This document shows, piece by piece, positions 27,280 to 41,426 of a stretch of 64,000 bases of DNA. The DNA is taken from NCBI GenBank assembly GCA_964016885.1, contig OZ024766.1, positions 5,022,001 to 5,086,000 of the forward strand. Reading direction: 5' to 3'. The position numbers and the translations under genes are program-made. The DNA is from Eledone cirrhosa. Its lineage: Eukaryota. The notes under the pieces were generated by a model. It was not told the origin of the DNA. It searched no databases and saw only the letters and a program-made list of their open reading frames with translations. The number at the start of each line of letters is the position of its first letter. The first letter of the stretch is position 1.

Positions 27280-28241
27280 AGGAATGAGAAATAAGATAGA
27301 TTTAGGGGACGTATGTGTGTGCTATAACAATAATAATTGTTTCTACTTTAGGCACAAGGCCAGCAATTACCCCAGTGTATTACTGGTACTTTATTTTATC
27401 GACCAAGTAAGGATAAAAGGCAAAGTCAACCTCGGCGGGATTTGAACTGAGACTGTAAAGGGACAATAATGAAATTGTGTAGTGCTCAGGTGCACTATAA
27501 CTCATCAAAGGTGTGAGCTATAACAACATAGCACTGGGGGGGGTCCTCCTATCTTTAAAACCCCCTAGAAACCTTCTATGGGGTCTACAGCCTTGTAGGA
27601 GGCCAGCTAAACCTAACAACACACTCAACACAACAACCACTGACAATATCAACACTACTACTACCACACCACCACCACCACCACTACTACCATCACGACT
27701 ACCACTATACCACCACAACTACACCACTGCCACAACTACCACTACACCACTACACCACTGCCACCACAACTACCACCACCACTACACCACTGCCACAACA
27801 GCTACCACCACAACTACACCACCACCACAACTACATCACCACTACCACCACAACACCACCACCACCACCACAACTACACCACTGCCACTACAACCACAAC
27901 ACCACCACAACTACACCACTGCCACAACTACCACCACCACTACACCACTGCCACAACTACCACCACAACTACACCACCACCACAACACCACCACCACTAC
28001 AACTACAACCACACCACCACAACTACCACCACAATCATATAATCTCCAAGCTAGATTAAAGATAAATAAGATATACAGGTCAATATATAAGTTGTTATTG
28101 CTGAATTTACAGATTTACAAACATCCCTCACACACTTATACAACCCCCATTACACCCCTATACCTCCTGGTGTGAACAACCTGCTTAACCCATGCAACCA
28201 TGGAAAAATGGATGCTAAACTGTGATGATTTTATATATGTA

Positions 28242-28626
28242 TCATCATCATCATCATCATCGTTTAACGTCCATCTTCCACGCTTGCATGGGTTTGGACG
28301 GGAGTTTTCCCACTTGAGGCAAGAGTGGTTGTCTTGCTCGCATAGGACTGTCTGGTGGGTTTTCTACAGCTGGATGCCCTTCCTAACACCAACCACATTT
28401 ACAGTGTGGACTGGAAGGTTTTTACTGTGTTGCCTACACGGCCACATTACAGCGTGGACTGTGTGTTTTTTGTCGTGACACCTACACGATCTCATTTGTT
28501 TTTCGGCCTGGATGTTGTGGCACCAACATAACTTTACATTGAAAGGGGCGGTGTGGATGGGGTGGGGGTGGTGGGACGGGGGTGTATTTTGTTAGAGATG
28601 TCTACTGACTGTAGTAGGTTTTACTT

Positions 28627-28630
<4 letters not shown>
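28242..28630 (-). mobile_element. SINE-like element C, single-unit (un-amplified) copy
   Basis: Matches both flanks of 25588-27098 but has one internal unit. Confidence 0.82.
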
Positions 28631-28668
<38 letters not shown>

Positions 28669-28712
28669 GAAAATAAACGAAAGAAGCCTTCAATACATCA
28701 AAAGTCTTTATT

Positions 28713-28753
28713 AGCCAACAATGTTTCGTCCTATTAAGGACTCATCAGGGCAA
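28713..28753 (-). ncRNA. Minimal type I hammerhead ribozyme with canonical core (family HH2)
   Basis: GCC-CTGATGA-GTCC-TTAATA-GGAC-GAAA-CATTG-TT-GGC followed directly by TAATAAA. Confidence 0.72.
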
Positions 28754-28911
28754 GTAAAGCTATAAGAAGCACTATCGGCCAATACAAGCCAAAAACTTGG
28801 TTTATTTTCATAATTTTTCGGCTCTGTTTAATTACATTGAGCTATACCTTTACTGTCATTTCTATAATATGAAGAGGGTGTTTAACTCCAACACACTCTA
28901 GTATTTTAATT

Positions 28912-28945
<34 letters not shown>

Positions 28946-28994
28946 AGGAAAGAAGAGTGACACGGTTTGCTATACAAAAAAGGTTTTTAATCTC

Positions 28995-29600
28995 ATCATC
29001 ATCATCATCATCATTTCAATTTATGTCCGCTTTTTCCCTGCTTGCAAGGGTGGGACGAGAACTGATTCTGGCTTGATTTCTACAGCTGGATGCCCTTCCT
29101 AACACCAGCACTCATTTACAGTGAGTGCTGGGTGCTTTTTTACCGTGGCACCTCCACAACCACTTTGCAGTGGAATGATAGGGACCCCAGTCCCTATCAT
29201 CTCATTTCTACAGCTGGATGCCCTTCCTAACACCAACCTCATTTACAGTGAGTGCTGGATGCTTTTTTGCCATGGCACCTCCACGACCACTTTACAGTGG
29301 AATGATAGGGACCCCAGTCCCTATCATCACATTTCTACAGCTGGATGCCCTTCCTAACATCAACCTCATTTACAGTGAGTGCTGGGTGCTTTCTAGGCCG
29401 TGACACCTCCACGACCACTTTACAGTGGAATGATAGGGACCCCAGTCCCTATCATCTCATTTCTACAGCTGAGTAAACTGGAGCAATGTGAAATAAAGTC
29501 TCTTGCTCAAGGAAACAACACATCACCCGGTCTGAGAATTGAACTCACAACCTTTCGATTGCAAGGCCAATGCTCTAACCACTAAGCCATGTGCCTCCAT
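28995..29600 (-). mobile_element. SINE A with a triplicated internal segment of about 127 bp
   Basis: Three consecutive tttctacagctggatgccc...ctatcatc blocks. Confidence 0.82.
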
Positions 29601-29957
29601 TATTGGTGAAATTATTTATTTGTAAACTGGAACACCTTAACATAGATACAAGTTATACCTAAATACAAAGGTTGTGATGATTCAATCAGTTGTTAGTAAT
29701 TAGGTGACCAGAACACAATTCCCCACTCACTTCGACCCCGTTCTCTGTACCCTCTACCCCCACCCCCTCACAGCCACACACCAGTGATTGCTTATCATTA
29801 TTACCATATCAGCAGGGTGGTGGGGGAGTTGATAAACACACAGACATACATATACATATATATATATGTATATATATACTGACACGAGTTGATAAACACA
29901 CAGACATATATATATACATATATATATATATATGTATATATATACTGACACGAGATG

Positions 29958-30011
<54 letters not shown>

Positions 30012-30093
30012 AAAGGTAAACAGAAATAACAACACAATCGGTACAGTATATGGAAGGTATATATTAGGTTAACGTTTGATAGCAGGAAGAGCG

Positions 30094-30129
30094 TCTTAAC
30101 GTTTCGGACGCTAGTCCTTCATCAGAAGA
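30094..30129 (-). ncRNA. Minimal hammerhead ribozyme motif (family HH1), intact
   Basis: TCTT-CTGATGA-A-GGAC-TAGC-GTCC-GAAA-CG-TT-AAGA. Confidence 0.68.
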
Positions 30130-30271
30130 AAGAATGAGAAATAAGATATATTGAGGGGACGGGTAGGTTGGAATTGGAAAAAAATGTCTTTAGATAAAAA
30201 TAACAGATCCATTCATGTTGACATCTCTTGCATATATATATATATCTATATATATGTATATATATATATAC

Positions 30272-30670
30272 TGGCCTTGCAATCGAAAGGTTGTGAGTTC
30301 AATTCTCAGACCAGGTGATGTGTTGTTTCCTTGAGCAAGACACTTTATTTCACATTGCTCCAGTTTACTCAGCTGTAGAAATGAGATGATAGGGACTGGG
30401 GTCCCTATCATTCCACTGTGAAGTGGTCGTGTAGGTGCCACGGTAAAAAAAAGGACCCAGCACTCACTGTAAAGTGGTCGTGTAGGTGCCACGATAAAAA
30501 AGTACCCAGCACTCACTGTAAAGTGGTCGTGGAGGTGCCACAGCAAAAAAGCACCCAGCACTCACTGTAAATGAGGTTGGTGTTAGGAAGGGCATCCAGC
30601 TGTAGAAATCAAGCCAGGATCAGTTCCTGTCCCACCCTTGCAAGCAGGGAAAAGAGGACATAAAATGATG
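30272..30670 (+). mobile_element. SINE A, 5'-clipped, with three internal 49-bp units
   Basis: B box, central domain and tail. Confidence 0.8.
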
Positions 30671-31082
30671 AAAAAAAAAAAATGAAATTTCATATCGATA
30701 ATATCCGAGTTCGTGTTGATAAAATAACAAATTAGGTCAATTGAATAATATTTAGGGGCTGCACACATTCGTATCTTTGATTTTTAGGGGACATCTGGCC
30801 TTAGATGTAGGATATTGTTGTTTCTGTTCATTTTACTGAATCCAGTGAAGGAAAGACACAACAGAATGGAATGACATGAAAATATGTAGGAGATATATGT
30901 TATGTTTTAAATATGCAATAGTAATGAGGTAAAATACACCCAGTACACTCTGTAAAGTGGTAAAGTGGTAGTGTTGGTGTCATGATAAAATACACCCAGT
31001 ACACTCTGTAAAGCGGTTGGTTTTAGAAAGGGTATCCAGCCACAGAAACCAAGCCATATATATATATATATATATATGTTTA

Positions 31083-31233
31083 TATGGATTGTACGAGCAG
31101 GGCATGGTAACCAGATGTCTCTAATAGACAGATCTGGTCCACATCTGTAAAGCAAGGAGAACAGATGTTGAAAAGCTGATCACCTTCATGATATGTGCAT
31201 ATATATGCACGTGATGTGTGCAATTATAAATGC

Positions 31234-31264
<31 letters not shown>

Positions 31265-31612
31265 CTATATATGGATTGTACGAGCAGGGCATGGTAACCA
31301 GATGTCTCTAATAGACAGATCTGGTCCACATCTGTAAAGCAAGGAGACCAGATGTTGAAAAGCTGATCACCTTCATGATATGTGCATATATATGCACGTG
31401 ATGTGTGCAATTATAAATGCTGTGTGTGTGTGTATATATATATATATATCTATATATGGATTGTACGAGCAGGGCATGGTGACCAGATGTCTCTAATAGA
31501 CAGATCTGGTCCACATCTGTAAAGCAAGGAGACCAGATGTTGAAAAGCTGATCACCTTCATGATATGTGCATACATATGCACGTGGTGTGTGCAATGATA
31601 AATGCTGTGTGT
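31083..31612. repeat. Three tandem copies of a unit of about 186 bp separated by (TA)n
   Basis: tatggattgtacgagcagggcatgg...aaatgctgtgtg x3. Confidence 0.88.
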
Positions 31613-31696
31613 ATATATATATATATATATAATATATATATGAGTTTATAGTGTAATAGTTTGCCATTTTCATTGGTAAGATGAGTTATATATATA

Positions 31697-31793
31697 CAGG
31701 GTGACCCCTAAAAATGTATACACACTTTGATTACCTGACAGGCAGGTTTATTAGAATGCTGTTCAAGTGTGTATACATTTATTGGGGCATTCT
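31697..31793. mobile_element. Short Tc1/mariner-type MITE
   Basis: TA|CAGGGTGACCCCTAAAAATGTATACACAC...GTGTGTATACATTTATTGGGGCA; related copy at 36531-36647. Confidence 0.6.
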
Positions 31794-31881
31794 ATATATG
31801 TATGTATGTATGCATATATATATATATATGTATGTATGTACATACATATATATATGTAGATATGTATATATATGTATGTAC

Positions 31882-31913
<32 letters not shown>

Positions 31914-32126
31914 GTACATATATATATATATGTATGTACATATATATATACATATATATATATATATGTACATATATATATATATATGTACATATATATA
32001 TATATGTATGTATGTATATATATATGTACATATATATATATATATATATGTACATATATATATATATGTACATATATATATATGTATGTATGTATATATA
32101 TATATGTACATATATATATATATATA

Positions 32127-32165
<39 letters not shown>

Positions 32166-32206
32166 ATATATATATGTACATATATATATATATGTATATA
32201 TATATA

Positions 32207-32292
<86 letters not shown>

Positions 32293-32339
32293 TATATATA
32301 TATATATATGTATGTATATATATATATACATATATATAC

Positions 32340-32389
<50 letters not shown>

Positions 32390-32480
32390 GTACATATATA
32401 CATATATATATATGTATGTACATACATACATATATACATACATACATATATATATATACATATATATACATATGTATATA

Positions 32481-32517
<37 letters not shown>

Positions 32518-32526
32518 GTACATACA

Positions 32527-32576
<50 letters not shown>

Positions 32577-32719
32577 ACAGATCCATAAAGAAGGAGGCAG
32601 TGATAATTCCTACCTGGTGAACTAGAAAGGTGAATTGTAATCACCCCCCTCCCCCGCTCCTCTGTACAAAGTCTGACCTGTGGTATTTACTAGAAGGTTC
32701 TGCCAGTAACTTATTATCT

Positions 32720-33620
32720 TGTGGTGGTGGTATTGTGGTGGTGGTGGTGGTGGTGGTGGTGTGGTGGTGGTGGTGGTGGTGGTGTGGTGGTGGTGGTAGT
32801 GTGGTGGTGTTGGTGTTGGTGGTGGTGTGGTGGTGGTGTTGGTGGTGGTGGTATGGTGTGGTGGTGGTGGTAGTGGTGGTGTTGGTGGTGTGGTGGTGTT
32901 GGTGGTGTGGTGGTGTTGGTGATGGTGGTATAGTGGTGGTGGTGGTGGTGGTGGTAGTGGTGGTAGTGGTGGTGTTGGTGGTGTGGTGGTGTTGGTGATG
33001 GTGGTGGTGTGGTGGTGGTGTTGGTGGTGGTGGTATGGTGTGGTGGTGGTGGTGGTGGTGTTGATGGTGTTGGTGATGGTGTTGGTGGTGGTGGGGAGGT
33101 GTTGGTGGTGGTGGGGTGGTGTTGGTGGTGGTGTTGGTGTTGGTGTTGGTGGTGGTGGTGGTGGTATTGGTGGTGTTGGTGGTGGTGTGGTGGTTTTGTG
33201 GTGGTGGTGTTGGTGGTGGTGTTGGCGTTGGTGATGGTGGTGCTGTTGGTGGTGGTGGTGTTGGTGGTGTTGGTGGTGTGGTGTTGGTGGTGGTGCTGTT
33301 GGTGGTGGTGGTGTTGGTGGTGGTGTTGGTGGTGTGGTGTTGGTGGTGGTGGTAGTGTGGTGGTGGTGTTGGTGTGTTGGTGGTGTTGGTGGTGGTGGTG
33401 GTGGTGTTGGTGGTGGTGGTGGTGGTGTTGGTGGTGGTGGTGGTGGTGTTGGTGGTGTGGTGGTAGTGGTGTGGTGGTGGTGGCGCTGTTGGTGGTGTTG
33501 GTGATGGTGTTGGTGGTGCTGTTGGTGGTGGTGGTGGTGGTGTTGGTGGTGGTGGTGCTGTTGGTGATGGTGTTAGTGGTGGTGGTGGTGTTGGTGGTGG
33601 TGGTGGTGTGGTGGTGTTAT
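32720..33620. repeat. (GGT)n low-complexity tract
   Basis: Direct inspection. Confidence 0.9.
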
Positions 33621-33676
33621 ATATGTATATATATTTATATATACATATATAAAAATATACATATATAAAAATATAC

Positions 33677-33709
<33 letters not shown>

Positions 33710-33993
33710 ACAACATATTGCATTACATTCTCCCTGGTACTGGGCCATCCCTGTGTGCTTAATTAGTTATCAGTCTGTGTTGAGAAAGTAACGGAGGGAG
33801 GGGGTGTAATGATGGCGTGTTTAACACCCCCTCCCTCTCTCCCACCACTCGTCCCCCCTCCATTAATTATTATTGCAACAGAAACCATTTATTTAGTTCA
33901 CCCTCTGTTCTTTGGGAAGCAGAGCGTGAACTAAATATATGTATATATATATATATACACACACACATATATATATATATATATTTATATATT

Positions 33994-34054
<61 letters not shown>

Positions 34055-34055
34055 A

Positions 34056-35259
34056 CGACAAAGCATAAAGGAATTGAGAGAGAGACTGAGCATAAGAGGA
34101 ATCAAATGCTGCGTGCAGGAGAGGCAGTTACGCTGGTATGGACATGTGATGCGTGTGAAGGATGACAGCTGCATAAAAAGGTGCAGAGCACTAGAAGTTG
34201 ATGGAAACCGCGGAGTGGGGAGACCCAAGATGACCTGGGATGAGGTGATAAAAGCCGACCTTACCCAACTACACCTCTCAAAGTCAATGACACACGACCG
34301 TGACTTCTGGCGTCACGCAGTAATACAGGGTACCCGACCTCCCATGGGTACATGCTGAAGCATATAAACAATATGCCCCCACCGCAAGGTGGTCGTGGAG
34401 GTGCCACGGCAAAAAAGCACCCAGCTCACACTGTAAAGTGGACGTGTAGGCGCCACGAAAAAGCACCCAGAACTCACTGTAAATGAGGTTGGTGTTAGGA
34501 AGGGCATCCAGCTGTAGAAATCAAGCCAGATCAGTTCCTGTATGAGCAAGGCATGGTCAGCCGACCAGACACTGCCCACAACAGGACAACCCGTCTAACC
34601 CATGCTAGTGTGGAAGAACGGACGCAAAACGGTGATGATGATGATGATGATGATTTATATATTTATATATATATATATATTTATATATCATCATCATCAT
34701 CATCACCGTTTTACGTCCGTTCTTCCACGCTAGCATGGGTTAGACGGGTTGTCCTGTTGTGGGCAGTGTCTGGTCGGCTGACCATGCCTTGCTCATACAG
34801 GAACTGATCTGGCTTGATTTCTACAGCTGGATGCCCTTCCTAACACCAACCTCATTTACAGTGAGTGCTGGGTGCTTTTTTGCCGTGGCACCTCCACGAC
34901 CACCTTGCGGTCGGGGGGGGGGGGGGGGGGGGGGGCATATTGTTTATATGCTTCAGCATGTACCCATGGGAGGTCGGGTACCCTGTATTACTGCGTGACG
35001 CCAGAAGTCACGGTCGTGTGTCATTGACTTTGAGAGGTGTAGTTGGGTAAGGTCGGCTTTTATCACCTCATCCCAAGTCATCTTGGGTCTCCCCACTCCG
35101 CGGTTTCCATCAACTTCTAGTGCTCTGCACCTTTTTATGCAGCTGTCATCCTTCATACGCATCACATGTCCATACCAGCGTAACCGCCTCTCCTGCACGC
35201 AGCATTTGATTCCTCTTATGCTCAGTCTCTCTCTCAATTCATTTATGCTTTGTCGTTCA
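34056..35259. repeat. Inverted duplication of about 1.2 kb of an RTE-LINE fragment/SINE chimera
   Basis: 34056-34652 is the reverse complement of 34688-35259; both arms encode [31 protein letters not shown]. Confidence 0.9.
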
Positions 35260-36484
35260 CGTATATTACTGTTACACATCAATATATATAAATATGTGTG
35301 TATATATATATATATAAATATATATATATAATATATATATATATGTATATATAAATATATATATATACACTCACTAAGAAGGACATCCAGCCGTAGAAAA
35401 CCAGCCCAAAAACACCCCCATACGAGAGAGACACGGTCACCCAACGCCATTTTCCCTCAAAATAGGACCCGTCTAACCCATGCTAGCATGGAAGATGGAC
35501 ATTAAATGATGATGATGATGATATATATATATATATATATATATCGTTATACTTTGGGAGGATCATGTCAATAAACACACCCACTCTGTTGGTTTTCCCT
35601 TCAATTTATTATAAATTTCCAGTTGTTTCGATAACCGGAAAGTTGCTTATATATTGTCAAAGCTCTTTCATCACACATTGTGACCTCCTCAGTGACGAAA
35701 GAGCTTTGGCAGCCTCTCACAAACTACAGAAAATTTAGAAGGATCACAATCAAACTGTTCCTTGCATCTCTTGAATTCACAGACACACAGACAGACATAA
35801 GAGTATATCCTGCCTCGATCATCATGTTGCTTCATGTATCAGCCATAATTAGCAACACCACCCCACCACCACCACCGCCCCTCCATTAATAGAACCACCT
35901 GGAACACCTCACCACCACCACCGCCGCCCCTCCATTAATAGAACCACCTGGAACACCTCACCACCACCGCCCCTCCATTAATAGAACTACCTCGAACACC
36001 TCACCACCACCACCACCGCCCCTCCATTAATAGAACCACCTGGAACACCTCACCACTACCACCATCACCACTACACCACCACCACCACTACAGGCCCCAT
36101 CATCACCGCCACCCCCGCCTTCACCACCAACACCTCTATACACCCCACCCACTATGAGAAGCAGCTACATCAACCGACACCCCGCCTCCCACACTAACCA
36201 CACCTCTCCACCACCACCACCAGGACATTCCCCCCCCCCCGCCCACCCAGCTCTATATATACCCTACTTCAGATAATGTATTTACGTAAATGAAATATCT
36301 TGTGTCTGTCTGGGTAGAGAGAGAGAGAGAGAGAGAGAGGAGTAGAGAGAGAGAGTGAGGAGAAAATGAGGGGAGGGGGGGCGAGAGTGAGGGTAGAGAG
36401 AGGAGGTAAAGATGTGGGTGTTAAAGACGGGGTTAGAAAGAATTCAGGAAGGTGGATAAGGGTAGAAGATTGTGTGTGTAGACA

Positions 36485-36527
<43 letters not shown>

Positions 36528-36683
36528 ATTCAGGGTGTCCCCCTAAAATGTATACACACTTTCATTACTTGTACAGACAATATTTCAGAATGCTGGCAAT
36601 AAATCAGAATGCTGTTCATGTGTGTATACATTCTTTTGGACACCTGTGTGTATATATACACACACAAACACACACATTTATAT

Positions 36684-36717
<34 letters not shown>

Positions 36718-36914
36718 CATCACCGTTTTACGTCTGTTTTTCCATACAAGCATGGGTTAGACGAGTTCTCCTGTTGTGGGCAAAGCTAGGTCAAGTGACC
36801 ATGTCTTGTTCACACGAACCAATTTTGGTTTGGTTTATATACACATATATATATAAGGGATAACAAAATATCGTTATAGGTAATCCACTAAGAGCCATGT
36901 GCCTCCATATCACC

Positions 36915-38193
36915 ATCATCATCAACGTTTAACGTCCATGTTCCACGCTTGCATGGGTTTGGACGGGGGTAGTCCCACTTGAGGCAAGAGTGATTGTCTT
37001 GCTCGCATAGGACAGTCTGGCAGGTTTTCTACAGTTGGATGCCCTTCCTAACACCAACCACATTTACAGTGTGGGGCTGGGAGGTTTTTACCGTGTTGCC
37101 TACACGGCCACATTACAGCGTGGACTGTCTGGCGGGTTTTCTACAGCTGGATGCCCTTCCTAACACCAACCACATTTACAGTGTGGGGCTGGGAGGTTTT
37201 TACCGTGTTGCCTACACGGCCACATTACAGCGTGGACTGTCTGGCGGGTTTTCTACAGCTGGATGCCCTTCCTAACACCAACCACATTTACAGTGTGGGG
37301 CTGGGAGGTTTTTACCGTGTTGCCTACACGGCCACATTACAGCGTGGACTGTCTGGCGGGTTTTCTACAGCTGGATGCCCTTCCTAACACCAACCACATT
37401 TACAGTGTGGGGCTGGGAGGTTTTTACCGTGTTGCCTACACGGCCACATTACAGCGTGGACTGTCTGGCGGGTTTTCTACAGCTGGATGCCCTTCCTAAC
37501 ACCAACCACATTTACAGTGTGGGGCTGGGAGGTTTTTACCGTGTTGCCTACACGGCCACATTACAGCGTGGACTGTCTGGCGGGTTTTCTACAGCTGGAT
37601 GCCCTTCCTAACACCAACCACATTTACAGTGTGGGGCTGGGAGGTTTTTACCGTGTTGCCTACACGGCCACATTACAGCGTGGACTGTCTGGCGGGTTTT
37701 CTACAGCTGGATGCCCTTCCTAACACCAACCACATTTACAGTGTGGGTCTGGGAGGTTTTTACCGTGTTGCCTACACGGCCACATTACAGCGTGGACTGT
37801 CTGGCGGGTTTTCTACAGCTGGATGCCCTTCCTAACACCAACCACATTTACAGTGTGGGGCTGGGAGGTTTTTACCGTGTTGCCTACACGGCCACATTAC
37901 AGCGTGGACTGTCTGGCGGGTTTTCTACAGCTGGATGCCCTTCCTAACACCAACCACATTTACAGTGTGGGGCTGGGAGGTTTTTACCGTGTTGCCTACA
38001 CGGCCACATTTCAGCGTGGACTGTCTGGCGGGTTTTCTACAGCTGGATGCCCTTCCTAACACCAACCACATTTACAGTGTGGGGCTGGGAGGTTTTTACC
38101 GTGTTGCCTACACGGCCACATTACAGCGTGGACTGTGTGTTTTTTTGTCGTGACACCTACACGATCTCATTTGTTTCGGCCTGGATGTTGTGA
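36915..38193 (-). mobile_element. SINE-like element C with an internal 112-bp array (about 10 near-identical units)
   Basis: ORF track repeats every 112 bp. Confidence 0.88.
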
Positions 38194-38211
38194 TTAATAT
38201 ATATATATCAA

Positions 38212-38406
38212 AATGGAGGTAGTAAAAACCAGTTAGACCATAACCCACCAGAGTACTCAATACTTAGAGTAGTAGAGTGGGTAACATGAAAAGAGTCAGG
38301 ACCCCGACGGCTGAGCTCTGGCTGTTTCGACAGCTAGATCCAAACTGTTCGGATCTAGCTATCGAAATGGCCGGAGCTCAGCCGTCGGGCTTCTGAATTT
38401 TTTCAT
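38212..38406 (+). mobile_element. Hairpin-ended element H, diverged copy 3
   Basis: Same tail; the hairpin has different but paired arm sequence. Confidence 0.72.
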
Positions 38407-39167
38407 ATATATATAATATATATAATATTTATTAAAATAACAGATTAAAGTTTAAGCAAAGAATCGCTGCTTTCACCCTTAACGGGATCTTCTGAAACTA
38501 ACAAAGTCAATCTGTAAACGCAGAAGTGAATATTTCAAAAAACGTTGCAACCGGAGGAAGACAGGAAGACGATACTTTGGTTCGTGGAAACGTTCCCTGG
38601 CGAAGAGCGGGAAAAAACGAATATAATACGTCATTAATAGGAGCGGTGGAAAACAATTACGCGCAAAGACAGAACCACGTTTATGGTATAATAGAGGTCG
38701 TAGACTAATGTTCTCTTAGGTGGTGCATAGAGACGTTCTCTGGCAATGAACGAAAAAAAACGAAGATAATACGTCATATGTGGAGCGTGGAGAACAATAG
38801 CACGCAAAGACAAAACCACGTAAATGGTAGAGCAGAAGTCGTAGACTAAAATTCTAACTAGGAGACCAAAAGTTAACGAGATATCATTTAAGGTAAGTAG
38901 AAGGAAACTGTATTGAATATAGTTTTAATGTTCAGCGTTGTTTCATTCAACCAAAAGTTCCCTTAGTTGTAGGGCTCGGGTGGCCAATTCAAGATAGTTC
39001 CTAGTAAATGAGTGAAGGTTTAAGTCTGTACGCAAGGGAAGACGGGTCTCCTGTATTACTGCATAGCACCAAAGATCTCGAACCTGTGTCATTGCCTTAG
39101 AGGTGCAAGCGCGCAAAGTTTCATAAACACATTTTCAGAAGCATGTAAAGTGTTCGGATCGAACATC

Positions 39168-41426
39168 TTAACCCTTTAGCATTTAAACCGGCCATATCTG
39201 GCCAGAATTCTCTCACTTCTTTATTTTCAAACCAGCTGTAACCGTCCACTCATACTAATGTTATGGTATTATTCTCAAAATAAATATCTCAGATTTGATA
39301 TTATGTGGGGTAAAGTCTTTACTGTGACAATACAATAGTATATATAGAGTAATGTAAATGTTATGTGAGATATTATGGGAGGTAAAGCCTTTACTGTGAA
39401 AATACAATAGTATATATAGAGTAATGTAAATGTTATGTGAGATATTATGTGAGGTAAAGCCTTTACTGTGAAAATACAATAGTATATATAGAGTAATGTA
39501 AATGTTATGTGAGATATTATGTGAGGTAAAACCTTTACTGTGAAAATACAATAGTATATATAGAGTAATGTAAATGTTATGTGAGATATTATGCGAGGTA
39601 AAGCCTTCACTGTGAAAATACAATAGTATATATAGAGTAATGTAAATGTTATGTGACATATTATGTGAGGTAAAGCCTTTACTGTGACAATACAATAGTA
39701 TATATAGTGTAATGTAAATGTTATGTGAGATATTATGTGAGGTAAAGTCTTTACTGTGAAAATACAATAGTATATATAGAGTAATGTAAATGTTATGTGA
39801 GGTATTATGTGAGGTAAAGCCTTTACTGTAAAAATACAATAGTATATATAGAGTAATGTAAATGTTATGTGAGATATTATGCGAGGTAAAGCCTTCACTG
39901 TGAAAATACAATAGTATATATAGAGTAATGTAAATGTTATGTGACATATTATGTGAGGTAAAGCCTTTACTGTGACAATACAATAGTATATATAGTGTAA
40001 TGTAAATGTTATGTGAGATATTATGTGAGGTAAAGCCTTCACTGTGAAAATACAATAGTATATATAGAGTAATGTAAATGTTATGTGACATATTATGTGA
40101 GGTAAAGCCTTTACTGTGACAATACAATAGTATATATAGTGTAATGTAAATGTTATGTGAGATATTATGTGAGGTAAAGTCTTTACTGTGAAAATACAAT
40201 AGTATATATAGAGTAATGTAAATGTTATGTGAGGTATTATGTGAGGTAAAGCCTTTACTGTAAAAATACAATAGTATATATAGAGTAATGTAAATGTTAT
40301 GTGAGATATTATGCGAGGTAAAGCCTTCACTGTGAAAATACAATAGTATATATAGAGTAATCTAAATGTTATGTGAGATATTATGGGAGGTAAAGCCTTT
40401 ACTGTGAAAATACAATAGTATATATAGAGTAATGTAAATGTTATGTGAGGTAAAGCCTTTACTGTGAAAATACAATAGTATATATAGAGTAATGTAAATT
40501 TAGGAGAGATATTATGTGAGGTAAAGCCTTCACTGTGAAAATACAATAGTATATATAGAGTAATGTAAATGTTATGTGAGATATTATGCGAGGTAAAGCC
40601 TTCACTGTGAAAATACAATAGTATATATAGAGTAATGTAAATGTTATGTTGAGGTAAAGTCTTTACTGTGAAAATACAATAGTATATATAGAGTAATGTA
40701 AATGTTATGTGAGATATTATGTGAGGTTAAGCCTTTACTGTGAAAATACAATAGTATATATAGAGTAATGTAAATGCTATGTGAGATATTATGTGAGGTT
40801 AAGCCTTTACTGTGAAAATACAATAGTATATATAGAGTAATGTAAATGTTATGTGAGATATTATGCGAGGTAAAGCCTTCACTGTGACAATACAATAGTA
40901 TATATAGAGTAATGTAAATGTTATGTGAGATATTATGCGAGGTAAAGCCTTCACTGTGAAAATACAATAGTATATATAGAGTAATGTAAATGTTATGTGA
41001 GATATTATGGGAGGTAAAGCCTTTACTGTGAAAATACAATAGTATATATAGAGTAATGTAAATGTTATGTGAGATATTATGTGAGGTAAAACCTTTACTG
41101 TGACAATACAATAGTATATATAGAGTAATGTAAATGTTATGTGAGATATTATGCGAGGTAAAGCCTTCACTGTGAAAATACAATAGTATATATAGAGTAA
41201 TGTAAATGTTATGTGAGATATTATGGGAGGTAAAGCCTTTACTGTGAAAATACAATAGTATATATAGAGTAATGTAAATGTTATGTGAGATATTATGGGA
41301 GGTAAAACCTTTACTGTGAAAATACAATAGTATATATAGAGTAATGTAAATTTAGGAGAGATATTATGTGAGGTAAAGCCTTCACTGTGAAAATATAATA
41401 GTATATATAGAGTAATGTAAATGTTA
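39168..41426. mobile_element. piggyBac-like element with an internal 72-bp array (about 29 units)
   Basis: TTAA|CCCTTTAGCATTT start; same 5' segment and unit as 11722-12943; right terminus not seen. Confidence 0.78.

Noticed and set aside
32580-32625. Possible plus-strand terminal exon [14 protein letters not shown]-stop
   Set aside because: No pyrimidine tract, no partner exons and no recognisable homology.
31714-33723. Long YI/IY and poly-Thr/Pro/Val ORFs
   Set aside because: (TA)n and (GGT)n microsatellite translations.
38465-38497. Hammerhead-like motif on the minus strand (CAGAAGA-TCCC...GGGT-GAAA)
   Set aside because: Core U is mutated and stem II is mismatched; at most a dead relic.
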